From NCBI GenBank assembly GCA_030390025.1, contig CM059432.1, forward strand, positions 23,996,001-24,060,000: a stretch of 64,000 nt of DNA. The letters run 5' to 3'. The position numbers were made by a program, and so were the translations under genes. The DNA is from Squalus acanthias (Eukaryota). Below, piece by piece: positions 27,071-40,976 of the stretch. How positions within the stretch are numbered: position 1 is the first letter of the stretch; each line of letters starts with the position of its first letter. The notes below the pieces were generated by a model, which was given only the letters and a program-made list of their open reading frames with translations, ran no database searches and was not told where the DNA came from.

Positions 27071-27836
27071 AGGGCCAGAAATTCGGCTCCCTGGCTTCCC
27101 GCAGGTGCAAGGATCGCGCACGCACCTACCTACCGCACCTGCCGTTGACCTCTGGGCCCACGGGGACTTCGGCTCCTGGGCCTCCTGCAACTGCCGGCGC
27201 GCAGTGCTTGCGTATCCCAGGGCGTAGTTAGTGCGATGCGTCCCCTGGGATCACGTGGGCCATGGAGAGCCAATGGCAGCAGACCATCTTTCATTCATGG
27301 ATTTGACAGGAAGACCTGTCAAATCTATGAATACAGATCGGCCCCAAAACATCCCTAAAACTACAAATAAATTTAAAAAAAAACATCACATTTTTAAAAT
27401 AACTATAAATTACATTAATTAACTATTTTAAACAAAAATTAAATTTTTGAAAAAATTAATTACATTTTTTAACGGGGCTAAAACTAAACTTACCTTTCTT
27501 TAAAGTAATTAAAAAAGATAAATCTGTGACATTTTTTAATTTTTTTAAAATAAAATCAACACTTACCTTGTTAAAAGAAGGCCTTGCCCATCCTTTTTAA
27601 AAGTGTATCTTCTCTGTGCTTACCTTCACGGAGGAACCTGTAAAAAAAACCGAAGTGCGAGGCGAATGCGCTGGCCCTCCGGCGTGCGCGTTCGACCTCT
27701 GAACCCCTTTCCTCAGGGAAACGGAAGTGCCAGTTTCCCGCGCATGCGCAGTGCATGCAAGAAACCGGCACTTTTGTTCCGTCCACGGGTGAGTACACAG
27801 TGCGTACTCACCCGACAACAGCTGAATTTCTGCCCC
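27071..27836. mobile_element. Harbinger-like MITE
   Basis: TIRs gggccagaaattc / gaatttctgcccc and an internal hairpin near 27293-27332. Confidence 0.7.
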
Positions 27837-28110
27837 ATTGATTTCAACCATGTAAGCAGTGGCTACACTGGGGCTGAAATTCCACTTTCACTTCCATGCA
27901 TCGGCGGGTATAAAACGAGCTGCCGATTCACTATCGCTTGTTTTGTGCTACTGCCGAAGATCGATTTCACGCCCCCTCCCCCCCCCCCCCACCCCCCGCC
28001 GCAGACTGTCCTGCCTGCCCTGTGGACATTAGCAGCCCTCTGCCTCATCATAGCACAAAACATAAGATCACAAAATAATTGCAGATGTAAGAAGGGCAAA
28101 GAGATACTTT

Positions 28111-29050
28111 GGCCTGGATTTTAGCCTGGAGGTGAGTTCTGTGCGGGGGTGCTGTTGTCCGCAGTTTTTAACTGCAGGGCTCCTTTAAGTATTTTTTTGT
28201 GTGGTTCCCGCCCACAGGCAGCCTGATTGAGAGGCTGGAGGCCTTTTGGGCACAAAGCCTGCTTCACAAGAGCAGGTAGATGTATTGGGGAAGTGAGAGA
28301 GATTGTGGGGGGTGTCCCCATCAGGGGGGTTCCGATCGCGGAGGGGAGGTCGATGGTGGTCATGGGGTCCTGATTGCCGGGGGTGGGTCTGACGGTGGAT
28401 GTGGAGGTCCTGATTGCGGGGAGGGTGGGATTCCGATGATGGTCGAGGGGCAGATGGTGGTGGGGGGGTGGTCCGATGGTGGTCAGGGGGGCAGATGGTG
28501 ATTGGGGGGGTGCAGATGGTGGTCAGGGGTTGGTCCGATGGTGGTCAGGGGGACAGATGGTGGTTGGGGGGGGGGCAAATGATGGTTGGGGGAATTCAAT
28601 TGTGGTCGGGGGTGGGTAGATGGTTGTCGGGGAGTCCGATGGTGGTCGGGTGGGAAAATGGTGGTCGGTGAGGAGCAAACAGATCACGGGAATGGCTTTA
28701 CTAAGTAGATTGTTGGGCCTGGAGGAAACACTCCTGCTCCTCCTGGCCCACAAGCAGTGCTCATGGATTCATACCTTTTCGCCTCCTTGCAGCTGTCGGG
28801 TTTCCCGAGGCCCGGGATACCTGGCTGAAATGAGTTAAAATAGAATTAAAATGAAGGCAGGCAGCCTCATTATAATATTTAAATGACCAATCCCCTTCCT
28901 GTGAGCGGATTGGTCGCTGGCCCTCATCCCGCCTCTGTTAAAACCAGAAGTGGGCGAGTTCGAGGCACGTTGGTTTCCTGTTTCAGATTTTTTGCATTTT
29001 CACCTCTGACACGACCCCAACCCACTGTTTTTGAGAGTTAGATTCCACCC
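28111..29050. mobile_element. MITE with internal G-rich tandem repeats
   Basis: Ends ggcctggatttta / ttagattccaccc; (gatggtggtc..gggg)n at about 28300-28670. Confidence 0.55.
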
Positions 29051-29702
29051 TATGAGAAAAGATCAGCAGGTAACATAAAAGGAAACCCAAAAATCTTTTA
29101 TAAACATATAAAAAGTAAAAGGATAGTTAAAGAAATTGAGGGGCCGATTAGGGAGGATTGCAAATGTTACATCCCTGTTCAAAAAAGGAGAGAGGGATAA
29201 ACCTGATAACTACAGGCCAATCAGTCTAACTTCAGTGGTAGAGACGATTGTCAAGGACAAAATTAATTCTCACTTGGAGAAGCATGGGTTAATAAGGGAC
29301 AGCCAGCACAAATTTGTTAAAGGCACATCATGTCTGACTAATCTGACTGAGTTCTTTGATGAAGTAACAGAGAGGGTTGATGATGGTTGTGCAATAGATG
29401 CATATATGGGCCTAGAAATTGGTTTGACCCCGAAAACGGGCGCCCCCACGCACTTCCAAAGGAATGCTGGCAGCACACGAACTTTGTGCTGCCTGCTGAT
29501 TACCATGATTGCGACATTCAGCCCAGCGCTGAATGTGCTGCTGAGTGGCTGATCGCTCAGCAGGGGGCCCAAGTTTGTGCGAGGCTAGCACCAATGAAAG
29601 CTAGCCTGCACTTCTTAAAGGCAGTCTGCACCTTTTAAAGGGGAAGTTCATTCTGCCTGCAGCAGCTCACTCAACTGGCTGGAGACGCAGGAACAACAAC
29701 TA

Positions 29703-31523
29703 ATGATGGCACAAGAGGGGATAGAGTGTGCACCAAGGTTCTCGGATGCAGCACTGGAGGCCTTGGTGCAGGAGGTGAATAGTAGGAGAGAGGTCTTGTT
29801 TTCACTGGGGGCTAGGAGGACCTCCAGGCAAAATCATAAATGGCAATGGGAGCAGATAGCCATAGCTGTCAATGCCAGCAGTGCAGCCCCGAGGACCTGG
29901 ACGCAGTGCAGGAAGAAGTTTAATGACCTCACACGAGTGGTCAAGGTCAGTGAATTCATCTTCAAATGTCATATCCCACCATCTGCACCACAAGCCTCAC
30001 ACACTGCTCAATGCCACACCCCCATCACTCACCTACCAACAATCTCTACCAAACACGACTCGCACCTCACATTCATAGCTTCACCTCACCCTCACACACT
30101 TACCACTGCTGCAAGCCTCACACCCACATCTCACAGCCTGTACACACTCTCACATATATCACCCAAACTTATTGCACCACACTCACTAACACTCTGCCCT
30201 TTCTCTTGCAGAAAAAAGTGGCTTACAATCGGAGGCAGCAGGGACTACACGAAGGGGCACAGACACGCCTGCATAATCTTACTCCCATGGAGGAGACGGT
30301 GCTGACCATTCTTGGGAGGGCAATCGCTGAGCCCGTGGCTAGCGACAGGGCTGAAGCAATCCAAGATGACGGTATCCTCATACCTAATCCTCCTTCTCAC
30401 ATCCCACTTCCCCCTCATCCCACAATCTCTTCTGACTTACAAGCTGCGGATGGTGTAAGCATGCACCTCTTGCTTCCCCCCACCTCACCACAACCTTACC
30501 CTTGTGTCTTTCTCCTTTCAGATAGACAAGAACTACATCCTGGTGGAGGAGCAGGAAGACAATGATCATGAAGAAACAGCATCACTCGATTTCACACTCG
30601 CAGCCACCAGCTCAGATACTGACACTCTGTATACTTTAAAGATAGGGTAGAGGCGGGACCTGCACGTGGTGAGACACTGGGCAGAAGGAAAGGGTAGCGC
30701 AGGTGCCAACTCCCGGAGGGTAAGGTCACACATGAGTTCTGTTGCAGAGGACTCAGATGAGGACTTCGATGGTGCAGCCTACAGAAGAAGGCTGATGGGT
30801 AGGCACACAGAAATGCTTGATGCATTGGCAGACCTGGCAGAAAGCCTGAGTGCAATGTCAAGGAGCATGGAGGAATCTGGCACCAACCTTGCACAGGACT
30901 TTGCACAGAGCTTGGAGCTCATCCTTTCCAGCATGCAAGTGATGGCCAACTCCATTAGTGCACTTGTTGACCCAACCATGATGCAGGGTCTAATGGCCGA
31001 TGTCTCAGCTTCCAAAGCAGCACAGGCGGAAGCAACCCAACATCTGAGTGCTGCAGTGGAAGCTCAGACTTCTGTCATGCAAACTCAGACTGCTCAGAAA
31101 GCTGCCATCGTGGCTGCGTTTACCAGTGTTGAAAGTGGCTTGCAGGGTGTCACAGCAGTCCAGCAATCTGTCCTCCAACAGATTACTAGGACTGCTGAGG
31201 CGCCGCCCCGGGACAGTGGCTCTGTGGAGTACTATCCTGCTGGCCTCTCTCAGGAGGACAGCATTCGTGCTTCCACCACTGCCACTCTGCCATTGCTCTT
31301 GCTGTTGCCTGCTGTTGCTGTTCATGCCGAGGTAGTGCAGTCTACAGCCGGGCCTTCTAGACCCAGAGCTGATCGAGCTCGTCCTACAAGGCCATCTGTA
31401 GTCTACCCCACTGAAAGTCAGCACCCTTCCACCAGCCATGCTGCAGCCACTGGGGTAGCATTTCATAGGCGCACTAGGACTGGCAAAGGCACACAGAAGA
31501 TGGGCACTAAGGTGATTAGTTGA
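29703..31523 (+). pseudogene. Harbinger Myb/SANT-like protein gene (about 3 exons, frameshifted)
   Basis: APRFSDAALEALVQEV...WEQIA...RTWTQCRKKFNDL followed by gtcagt donor; acceptors ttgcag (~30211) and tttcag (~30521). Confidence 0.85.
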
Positions 31524-31688
31524 CTTTGGTGTGTAATATTGGATGGATTGATGTATAAAGCTGGATTGTAATGTTCCTTTTGTGGTGGCTTTCATTTCAA
31601 CATTGTGGCCAAGAGGAGGCTGTGATGGTCCGTATCAGAGGGATGGTAAGGTGTGGGACTATTGGTGAATGTGGAATTGGGATTGTGT

Positions 31689-32900
31689 TCACTGGAACCG
31701 CAGTTGGATGAGTCTATCATGGACAACCCGGGCAGAAAAGGGCTGTCTGGGTTGCCTCCACCCTTCCGCTTTCTCCTCTTCCACTTCCTCCTCCTGCTCT
31801 TCTGCTTCCTCCTCCTGCTTTTCCTCCTCCTCTTCTTCCTCCTCCTCCTCCTCTTTCTCCTCCTCCACCTCCTCCTCCTCCTACTCAGCTGGTCGTCGTA
31901 TGCCTGGAGGCAAGGGCTGTGCCCTCATGATAGCGAGGTGGTGGAGCATGTAGCAGACCACAACGAATCTTGAGTACTGCAGGGCTCCTCCAGAGTGGTC
32001 CAGGCAGCAGAACTGTTGCTTCAACACCCCAATGGTCTGCTCTATGATGTTTTGTGTGGGAGCATGGCTCCCGTTGTATGCATGCTGGCCACATGTGGTT
32101 GGGTTGCGGAGCGGAGTCATGAACCAGGTGGTTAAGGGATAGCCCTTGTCACCCAGCAGCCAACTTCTGGTTTGACATGGTGGCTCAAAGACTGAGGGAA
32201 CAGCGGATTGGCGCATAATAAAACCATCATGACAGCTGGCAGATTACCGGACATTCACCATCATGAGCATGGTCACACACCAACTGTATATGCAGCAAGT
32301 GGAAACCTTTGCGGTTGCAGTACATCTCAGCATTTAGATGTGGTGCCCGCAAAGCCACATGCCTGCAGTCAATGGCGCCCTGCACCATCGGGAAGCCTGC
32401 TATCCTGGCAAAGTCATGTGCACACTCTGCCTGCTCTCACTGTTCAGCTAGAAGACAATGAAGTTCCCTCTCTTAGCATAAAGAGCGTCTGTCACCTCTC
32501 TTATGCAGCAGTGGACGGCAAACTGGGAGATGTTATAGATATCACCTGCTCCAGCCTGGAAGGATCCCGACGCGAAGAAATTCAGGGCCAGTCACCTTCA
32601 CAGCCACTGGCAGTGCTATCCTTGCCCTGGCCTGAGGCTGCAGGTCTGGTTGCAAGAGGTGGCAGAGTTCTGTGAGTACTTCCTTCGTAAAGCGCAGACA
32701 CCTTACCCACTGCTCCTGGCTCAGGCTGAGGTAAGAGAATTGCTCTTGGATGATCCTAGGTGGGTAAGACCATCTGCTGAGAGGCCTTCTCCCCCTCCTC
32801 CTCCTCCTCCCTCTGCGAGCAGCTTGTCCTCTTCTTCACTGCCACTGCTCCATCTCCCTGTCATGTGCAGGCCAAGGGGGATGACAACTACAGCACCCAT
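31689..32900 (-). pseudogene. Harbinger DDE transposase
   Basis: WLLGDKGYPL...HAPTQNIIEQTIGVLKQQFCCLD motifs. The poly-Glu tail corresponds to the (cct)n tract at 31770-31882. Several frameshifts. Confidence 0.9.
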
Positions 32901-33825
32901 GACTGGGAGAAAGTTGTCTGACCACAACCCTTAAAGTCAGAACCAAGGCTTTCTCCACTTGCAGCAACACCCCCTGTCACCTCTCCAACTTTAAACAACT
33001 CTAGAAAGCTCCAATCACTTCCACAAACTTATACATAGCCAGTAGAAATTAATCAGCAACTAACCTTAGAGTGGTTGCTGATTCCTTTAAATATTGCTGG
33101 TGGGGGTTCCTTGCTGCTGCTGAACGCATGTTCAGCTGTGCGAGGTTAAGACAGGCTGTTAGCTCCAGCATTGAGAATGAAAATGGCAGCGCTGGCTTCA
33201 AATCAGTGTTGCATGTTGATTAACGTCATAATCTACCTACTCTACGTACTTCTGGCATACGCTCCTAACGCCTGCCCTACTGCCCTCACCAAGATGCCGT
33301 CTGGCGTGGCACACCGCAGCACGGACACCATTTTCGTCACTAAACGCCACCCACAGTGCCAAAAAATCGGGTGCTATGGAGCCGAATTTCTAGCCCATGA
33401 ACTTTCAAAAGGCATTTGATAAAGTATCTCATAACAGACTTATTCAGAAAATAGAAGTACATGGTGTTAGAGGGACAGTGGTAACTTGGATACGAAATTG
33501 GCTACAATGTTTTTTTTTGCCTCTCCCAGAGATCCATTGGCTGCTGCTGGGTATGGGTATCTAATCATGATGCTTCAAGTATGACAACTATATGGGGCAG
33601 GCTTGATGGACCAGAATGGTCATTTCCTGCCCATCATTTTCATAGGTTCATCGGTTCATATGATGAGGCAGAGAGTAGTGGTGAAGGGATGTTTTTCTGA
33701 CTGGAGAGTAGTATGCAGTGAGGTTCCCCAGGGGTCAGTATTAGGACCATTGCTTTTCTTGTTATCTATAAATGACCTGAACCTGGGCTTAGGGAGTACA
33801 ATTTTGAAGTTTGCAGTTGATACAT

Positions 33826-34127
33826 AACCTGCCAATGGATTTGCAGGATCTTGCGGAGGCAGCGTTGGTGATACCTCTCCAGTGCCTTGAGGTGCCTGCT
33901 GTACATGGTCCATGTCTCTGAAGCATGCAGGAAGGCGGGTATCTGTACTGCTCTGTAGACCATGAGCTTGGTGCTGGGTTTGAGGTCCTGGTCTTCAAAC
34001 ACTCTCTTCCTCAGGCGACCGAAGGCTGCAGTGGCACACTGAAGGCGGTGTTGGACTTCATCATCGATGTCTGCCCTTGTTGACAGTAGGCTCCCGAGGT
34101 ATGACAAGTGGTCCACGTTGTCCACAT
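33826..34127 (-). mobile_element. RTE-clade LINE fragment inserted in CR1
   Basis: VDHLSYLGSLLS...DDEVQHRLQCATAAFGRLRKRVF...SETWT. Confidence 0.85.
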
Positions 34128-35464
34128 TGCAATATAATGCAGATAAGTGTGAAGTGATGCACTTTGGTAGAAATAACATGGAGAGGCAGTATAATCTAAA
34201 TGGTACTATTCTGAGGGGGGTGCAAGAACAGAAGGACTTGGGGTCCATACTCACAAATCTTTGAAGGTGGCAGGCCAAGTTTATAAAGTGGTTAAGAAAG
34301 TGTATGTTGCACTTGGCTTTGTAAATAGCGGCATTGAATACAGAAACAAGGAAGTCATGCTAAACCTTTACAACTTTCTGGTTAGGCCTCAGCTGGAGTA
34401 TTGTGTACATTTGTGTACAATTCTGAGCACCACAGTTTAGGAAAGATGTCAAAGTCTTAGAGAGGGTACAGAGGAGGTTTATCAGGATGATACCAGGGAT
34501 GAGGGACTTCAGTTCAGTGGAGAGACTGGAGAAGCTGGGATTGTTCTCCTTCGAGCAAACAAGGTTAAGGGGAGACCTAATAGAGGTATTCAAAATTATG
34601 AGGGGTTTTGAGAGAGCAAGTAGGGAGAAACTATTTCCTCTGCCAAGTGGGTCGGTAACCAGAGGTCATAGATTTAAAATAATTGATAAAAGAACTAGAG
34701 GGGAAATGAGGAGAAATTTCTTCACACAGAGGGTTGTTAAGATTGAAGCGCACTACCTGAAAGAGTGATAGAATAAGATTCCAAAGAAACTTTTAAAAGG
34801 CAATTGGACATATACTTGAGGAGGACTATTTTGCAGCATTATGGGGGAAAACCTGGGGTGTGGGACTAAATTGCAACTCTTTCAAAGAGCTGGTATAATG
34901 GGGCGAATGGCCTCCTTCTGTGCTGTAAGATTCTATGGTTCCATGATTCCATAAGGAAGGCCATTCAGCTCATTTTAATTTGCCCATTCAGGAGCATCCT
35001 ACAGTCCCACCATTGCCACATCTAATTGTTTCTTAAATGATTCCAGGGTTTTCACTTCCAACAACCTGCCCGGATGTCCTTTTCAAGAATTGTTAACTCT
35101 GCGTGAAGAAGAATTCCCTGATATCAGTAGTAATGTTGCCTAGTCGACCCAATCTCTCCTCATACGACAGTTCTGCCATCCCAGGAATCAGTCTGGTGAA
35201 CCTTCGCTGCACTCCCTCTATGGCAAGTATATCCTTTCTTAGGTAAGGAGACCAAAATTGCACACAATTCAATCATTACTTTCTCTGAGTTATATTCAGC
35301 TGTTGGGAGTTTAGAAGAATGAGAGGTGATCTTATTGAAACATATAAGATTCTGAGGGGGATTGACAGGGTGGATGCTGAGAGGCTGTTTCCCCTAGTGG
35401 GGGTATCTAGATTTAGGGGGCATAGTTTCAGAATAAGGGGTCGCCCATTTAAGACGGAGATGAG

Positions 35465-36500
35465 AAGGCCTTTGACACCGTCAACCGTGATGGATTATGG
35501 AGTGTCCTCCTCAAATTCAGTTGTCTTCAAAAGTTTGTCACCATCCTCCGCCTGCTTCACGACGACATGCAAGCCATGATCACAGAATCACAGAATCCCC
35601 ACAGTGCAGATAAAGGCCATTTCGGCCCATCGAGCCTGCACCGACACATATCCCACCCTATCCCCGTAACCCCACGTATTTAATCCCCCTAACACTAAGG
35701 GTCAATTTATCATAGCCAAATCAACCTAACCCGCACATCTTTGGACTGTGGGAGGAAACCGGAGCACCCGAAGGAAACCCACGCAGACACGGGGAGAATG
35801 TGCAAACTCCACACAGACAGTCACCCGGGGCTGGATTCGAACCCGGGTCCCTGGCACTGTGAGGCAACAGTGCTAACCACTATGCCACCGTGTTGCCCAA
35901 TGGATCCACCACAGACCCAATTCACCTACGGACCGGGGTCAAGCAAGGCTGTGTCATCGCACCAACGCTCTTCTCGATATTCCTTGCTGCAATGCTCCAT
36001 CTCACCCTCAGTAAGCTCCCTGCTGGAGTGGAGCTAATCTACAGAACAAACGGGAAACTGTTCAACCTCCGTTGCCTCCAGTCCAGATCCTAGGTCGTCC
36101 CATCCTCTGTCATCGAATTACAGTATGCAGACAACGCTTGCGTCTGTGCACACTCTGAGGCTGAACTCCAAACCATCGTCAACACCTTCACCGAAGCGTA
36201 CGAGAGCATGGGCCTTACACTAAACATCCGTAAGACAAAGGTCCTCTACCAACCTGCCCCCGCCACACAGTGTTGTCCCCCAATTATCAAAATCCATGAC
36301 AAGGCCTTGGACAATGTGGACCACTTTCCATACCTCGGGAGCCTACTGTCAACAAGGGCAAACGTCGATGACAAAGTCCAACACCGCCTTCAGTGTGCCA
36401 GTGCAGCCTTCGGTCGCCTGAGGAAGAGAGTGTTTGAAGACTAGGACCTCAAACTCAGCACCATGCTCATGGTCTACAGAGCAGTAGTAATACCCGCCCT
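35465..36500 (+). mobile_element. RTE-clade LINE RT fragment
   Basis: KAFD, GVKQGCVIAPTLF, LQYADN, GLTLNIRKTKV and YLGS motifs. Interrupted by a SINE. Confidence 0.85.
35580..35897 (-). mobile_element. HE1-like V-SINE
   Basis: tRNA head plus V-domain (gtggagtttgcacattctccccgtgtctgcgtgggtttcc) and CR1-like tail. Confidence 0.85.
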
Positions 36501-36911
36501 AAACTTTATCATTCTGTGGTTGCTGTCCCGCAGGGATGCTACAACTTCCAGTTTCTGTACATTCTCTGGACCCTTTGCAAATGCAAGGTTAAGATGAGCA
36601 CTGCCTCTTGTTGCTTCCTTGACATGAATTTTAGCCCACTCCAACCCACTTGCCCGAAGCTGATCAGAGGCCGTTTTCTGCCCGTTTTAGACGGGAAGCT
36701 GGCTGTAGGGATGTAAATGAGACCTAACCGTTAAAATATGCCACCCACGATAGCTCCCAGGTGGAAAGGCCGTCGGTTCAACCCAGGAGTTAAAATCCCC
36801 CACAATGTGTCATATAGTAGCTGTGTATTACAGTTACCAACTCTGATTGTAAAGCAATTGGGGTTTCCCAGTCTATATTTGGTTGATTGATTAAAATTAC
36901 TTTCTTGTTCC

Positions 36912-39097
36912 CATATACCCTGCCTATCTCAGAGTTTAACCACCTCCCCTTGACATTCAATGGCATTACCATCATTGAAACCCCCACCATCAACATCCTG
37001 GGGGTCACCTTTGACCAGAAACTTAACTGGACGAGCCACATAAATAGTGTGGCTCCAAGAGCAGGTCAGAGGCTGGGTATTCTGCTGCAAGTGACTCACC
37101 TCTTGACTCCTCAAAGCCTTTCCACCATCTACAAGTCACACGTCACTATTCAAAAAGGGGGGTAGGGAAAAAGCAGGTAATTACAGACCTGTAAGCCTTA
37201 CATCAGTTGTGGGCAAAATGCTGGAGTCCATCATTAAGGATGAAATAGCGGAGCACTTAGCAAATGGGGACAGGATAGGACAGAGTCAACATGGATTTAC
37301 AAAGGGTAAATCGTGCTTGACTAATCTATTGGAATTTTTTGAGGGAGTAACTGGTAAAATAGATGGTGGAGAGCCAGTAGATGTGGTGTACCTGGACTTC
37401 CAAAAGGCCTTCGACAAGGTCCCACATAAAAGATTAGCATGGAAAATTGAAGCTCATGGGATAAAGGGGAAAGTATTGACGTGGATAGAGAACTGGCTGT
37501 CAGATAGAAAACAGAGAGTTGGAATAAACGGCTCATTTTCTGAATGGCAGGCAGTAACAAGTGGGGTACCACAGGGATCTGTCCTGGGTCCCCAGCTGTT
37601 CACAATTTATATTAATGACCTGGATCAGGGAGTCGGATGCAGCATTTCCAAATTTGCAGACGACACTAAACTAGGAGGGGGGGTGGGCTCAGAGGAGGAG
37701 ACCAGGAAGCTCCAGAGCGATTTGGACAGACTGGGTGATTGGGCGGATAAATGGCAGATGCACTATAATGTGGACAAGTGCGAAGTTATCCACCTTGGGT
37801 GCAGGAACGGGAGGGCAAATTATTATTTAAATGGCAATAAATTGGGAGAGGGGGAAGTACAGAGAGACCTGGGTGTTCTTGTACACCAGTCACTGAAGGC
37901 GAGCATGCAGGTGCAACAGGCGGTCAAGAAGGCAAACGGTATGCTGGCCTTCATAGCAAAAGGGTTGGAATACAGGAACAGGGATACCTTGCTGCAGCTG
38001 TACAGGGCACTGGTGAGACCACACCTCGAGTACTGTGTACAGTTTTGGTCGCCTCATCTGAGGAAAGATGTTCTTGCCATGGAGGGGGTGCAGCGGCGAT
38101 TCACCAGGCTGATACCAGGAATGGCGGGATTGACCTATGAGGAGAGACTATGTAGTTTAGGGATGTACACACTGGAGTTTAGAAGATTGAGAGGGGACCT
38201 CATAGAAGTGTATAAAATTCTGACAGGTCTAGACAGACTAGATGCAGAAGGAATGTTTCCCTTGGCGGGTGAGAACAGAACTAGAGGACATAATTTAAGG
38301 ATAAGGGCTAAACCATTTAGGACAGAAATGAGGGGGAATTTCTTCACTCAGAGGGTGGTGAACCTGTGGAACTCATTGCCACAGAGGGCAGTGTACGCCA
38401 GCTCATTAAATATATTTAAGAGGGAATTAGATATATTTCTACAGGCAAAAGGGGTTAAGGGTTACGGAGAGAAGGCGGGGACGGGATACTGAATTGGAGG
38501 ATCAGCCATGATCTCATTAAATGGCGGAGCAGGCTCGAAGGGCCGGATGGCCTACTCCTGCTCCTATCTTCTATGTGTCTATGTATGAGTGTTCTCTTCA
38601 CTTGCCTGGATGGGTGCAGCTCCAAGAACACTCAAGAAGCTCACCACCAGCAGGACAAAGCAACCCACTTGATTTGCACCCCATCCACCACCTTAAACAT
38701 TCACTTCCTCCACCACCAGCGTACCGTGGCTGCAGTGTGTACCATCTACAAGATGCACTGCAGCAACTTGCCAAGGCTTCTTCGACAGCACCTCCCAAAC
38801 CCATGACCTCTGCCACCTAGAAGGACAAGGGCAGCAGACACATGGGAACACCACCTCCTCCAAGTTCCCTTCCAAGTCACGCACCATACTAACTTGGAAA
38901 TACATCGCCATGCCTTCATCGTCATTGGGTCAAAATCCTGGAACTCCCTACCTTACAGCACTGTGGGAGTACCTTCACCAGACTGCAGCAGTTCAAGAAG
39001 GTGGCTCACCACCACCTTCCGAAGGGCAATTAGAGATGGGCAATAAATGCTGACCTTGCCAGCGGCGCCCACATCCCGTGAATGAATTAAAAAAAAG
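36912..39097 (+). mobile_element. CR1/L2-group LINE 3' part, split by a young CR1
   Basis: INILGVTFDQKLNWTSHI motif; tail ggcaataaatgctg...aatgaattaaaaaaaa. Confidence 0.8.
37144..38587 (+). mobile_element. Young 5'-truncated CR1 with open RT frame (37209-38492)
   Basis: Uninterrupted 427-aa RT ORF differing at two visible residues from the copy at 50086-51807. Confidence 0.95.
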
Positions 39098-39378
39098 CCA
39101 GTACCTAATAAACCATGCATATTGTTGAGCGATAGGAGAGTTTATACATAATACATGGACTGCATGCAATGCCATTTATTAATGTGATTGAAATTGATTG
39201 TTTAGGACGCTCCATCTATTTCATTAACGGTGCATTGCATTAAAAAAGGTGCGTTTTTAGAAAGTTTTCCATGCTGTCCGTCAGGGTAAACTCAATCTGC
39301 AACACCTAATGCAGTTTGAAAGATTGAACTTTTGCAAATTGTTTACCTCTCTTGGCTGAATTAATTTGTCAGGAAGTG

Positions 39379-40976
39379 TGTAAAGTTTCGCAATTATCGC
39401 GATTCAAAATAACACAAGAGAAGCAGATTCGTTTGATCAGTTTTATTAAACGAAATGCTGTCCTGATAATAAAGGACACAGAAGCCTGTAAAATGGCCAC
39501 CGAGCATCGTGGCAGAAGCTTCCAGAGACACAGTGGGCAGACAAAATGGCGTTGAATATACATTTAGTATAAGATTGGATCATACTTGGTAAACACTGAT
39601 AAAGACAGGATGCAACCCGTTTGCATTTGGAACAATAGCAAAGATATAAGTGCTGGAATCGTTTTCCTCGGCACAGAAAGGATCATTGTACTGGGCAATC
39701 AAAGGCCCATCCAGACACATCAATACACAAATACCCCCCCCCGGCTCTACAATGAGAGAGACATTGACGGGTGATTAAGTCAGTATTTGGGGGCCCCCAA
39801 AACCAGTCAGGGAGACGATTCATACACATCCTGGCTGGGTCAACAATGGGGAAAACATTAACGGATAGTTGGCCAGTTTCAGGTGCTACCGAAACCCGTT
39901 AAAGAAGACAACCGCCCCATGCTGGGAGTTTTGTGCGCCAATATTACACAAAGGACAAACATTAAGATTTGAGCGGGAGATAAGGAGGACACATCACTAT
40001 AACTATAGAGAACAAATGTCCATCGCTCTCTTATTCGCTTGCCTCTTCATGAACTCGTTTCACTTGTGGGCTCTTGATTTTCTCTCTGGACTTTGCTGAC
40101 TCTTGACTCTTAGCCGTACTGGTCGGTTATTCAAGTGTTGGGTGGAGCTCAATCGGAACGAGCCGCCCCGACAAGGGCAAGTAACAGGGTGCACCATCCC
40201 GAGTGTCGGTAAACGGTGTCTGGACCCGGACCCGAAGAGACGAGACGAGACGAGAAGAAGAGGAGAAGAATCCATCTGCCGCCACGGTCAGTAAACCCCG
40301 ACCGCGCCCGAAAATATAAATAAAGAACTTTTCTTTGAAGTCTACCGACAACCTGTATCGAGCACAGGAAGACTCTTCTTTGAACTGTGTCCGAGGTCCG
40401 TCGAGTTCTTCATGACAACAGGGAGTCTGGCCTGCTTTTCGCAGCAGCGAAAGTAAACAAGTGGGGTGCAGAGACCCTTCCAAACACGTGACAGTCAGGC
40501 ACTGCAGCGAAACGAGCCGAGTGCCTCACGTTAAAATCTCCGAAATTGAACGAGTGGTGAGCATGATTTCCGATCCTACAAATCCAGACGTAGTGTAGGT
40601 ATTATTAAGGGAGGGTGTTTTAATAAGGTTAAGATATAATGTGTTCCCCTTTCTACGATGTGCCGTGTGTTCTCCATTTCCACAGACCAAGCTTTATGAA
40701 TGTATGTATACTTGTACTATCGTTGATTTGCGCCTATGACATGTATTTCATGATTTTAGATGCCATGCAATAAAGATTTCCATTTTGCACTATTCAACCG
40801 GGTCTATTTGAGTTTTCTCTGCATTACTGCTCCCTGCACCTAAGTCCAGGCGAGTGGGTCGAACCACTCACAGGTGCTTATTGCAAAAAGGCTGGCCGGA
40901 GACCAGAGCAAGCAATAGTATTAGGCAACGAAGGCCTAACCTCGCACCAGCACCGTCTGAGACACGCCCCCTTACA
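39379..40976 (+). mobile_element. Solo LTR of a sister family of the provirus
   Basis: TGTAAAG...CCTTACA, 1598 bp, 4-bp TSD agtg on both sides. Colinear but diverged relative to the reverse complement of 41440-43039. AATAAA at 40769. Confidence 0.9.

Larger units (their letters stand above)
29409..33396. mobile_element. Full-length PIF/Harbinger transposon (decayed) with convergent Myb and transposase genes
   Basis: TIRs ggcctagaaatt / aatttctagccc and a 3-bp TSD atg. Removing it restores the host CR1 RT sequence. Confidence 0.9.
29052..34950 (+). mobile_element. Degenerate CR1 ORF2 interrupted by Harbinger and RTE insertions
   Basis: ANVTSLFKKG...NYRPISLTSVV...DAYM resumes after 33399 with NFQKAFDKV, then VPQGSVLGP and the C-terminus. 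Confidence 0.85.

Noticed and set aside
31653..31973. Leu/Phe-rich membrane-protein-like ORF
   Set aside because: Antisense reading of the poly-Glu (cct)n tail of the Harbinger transposase.
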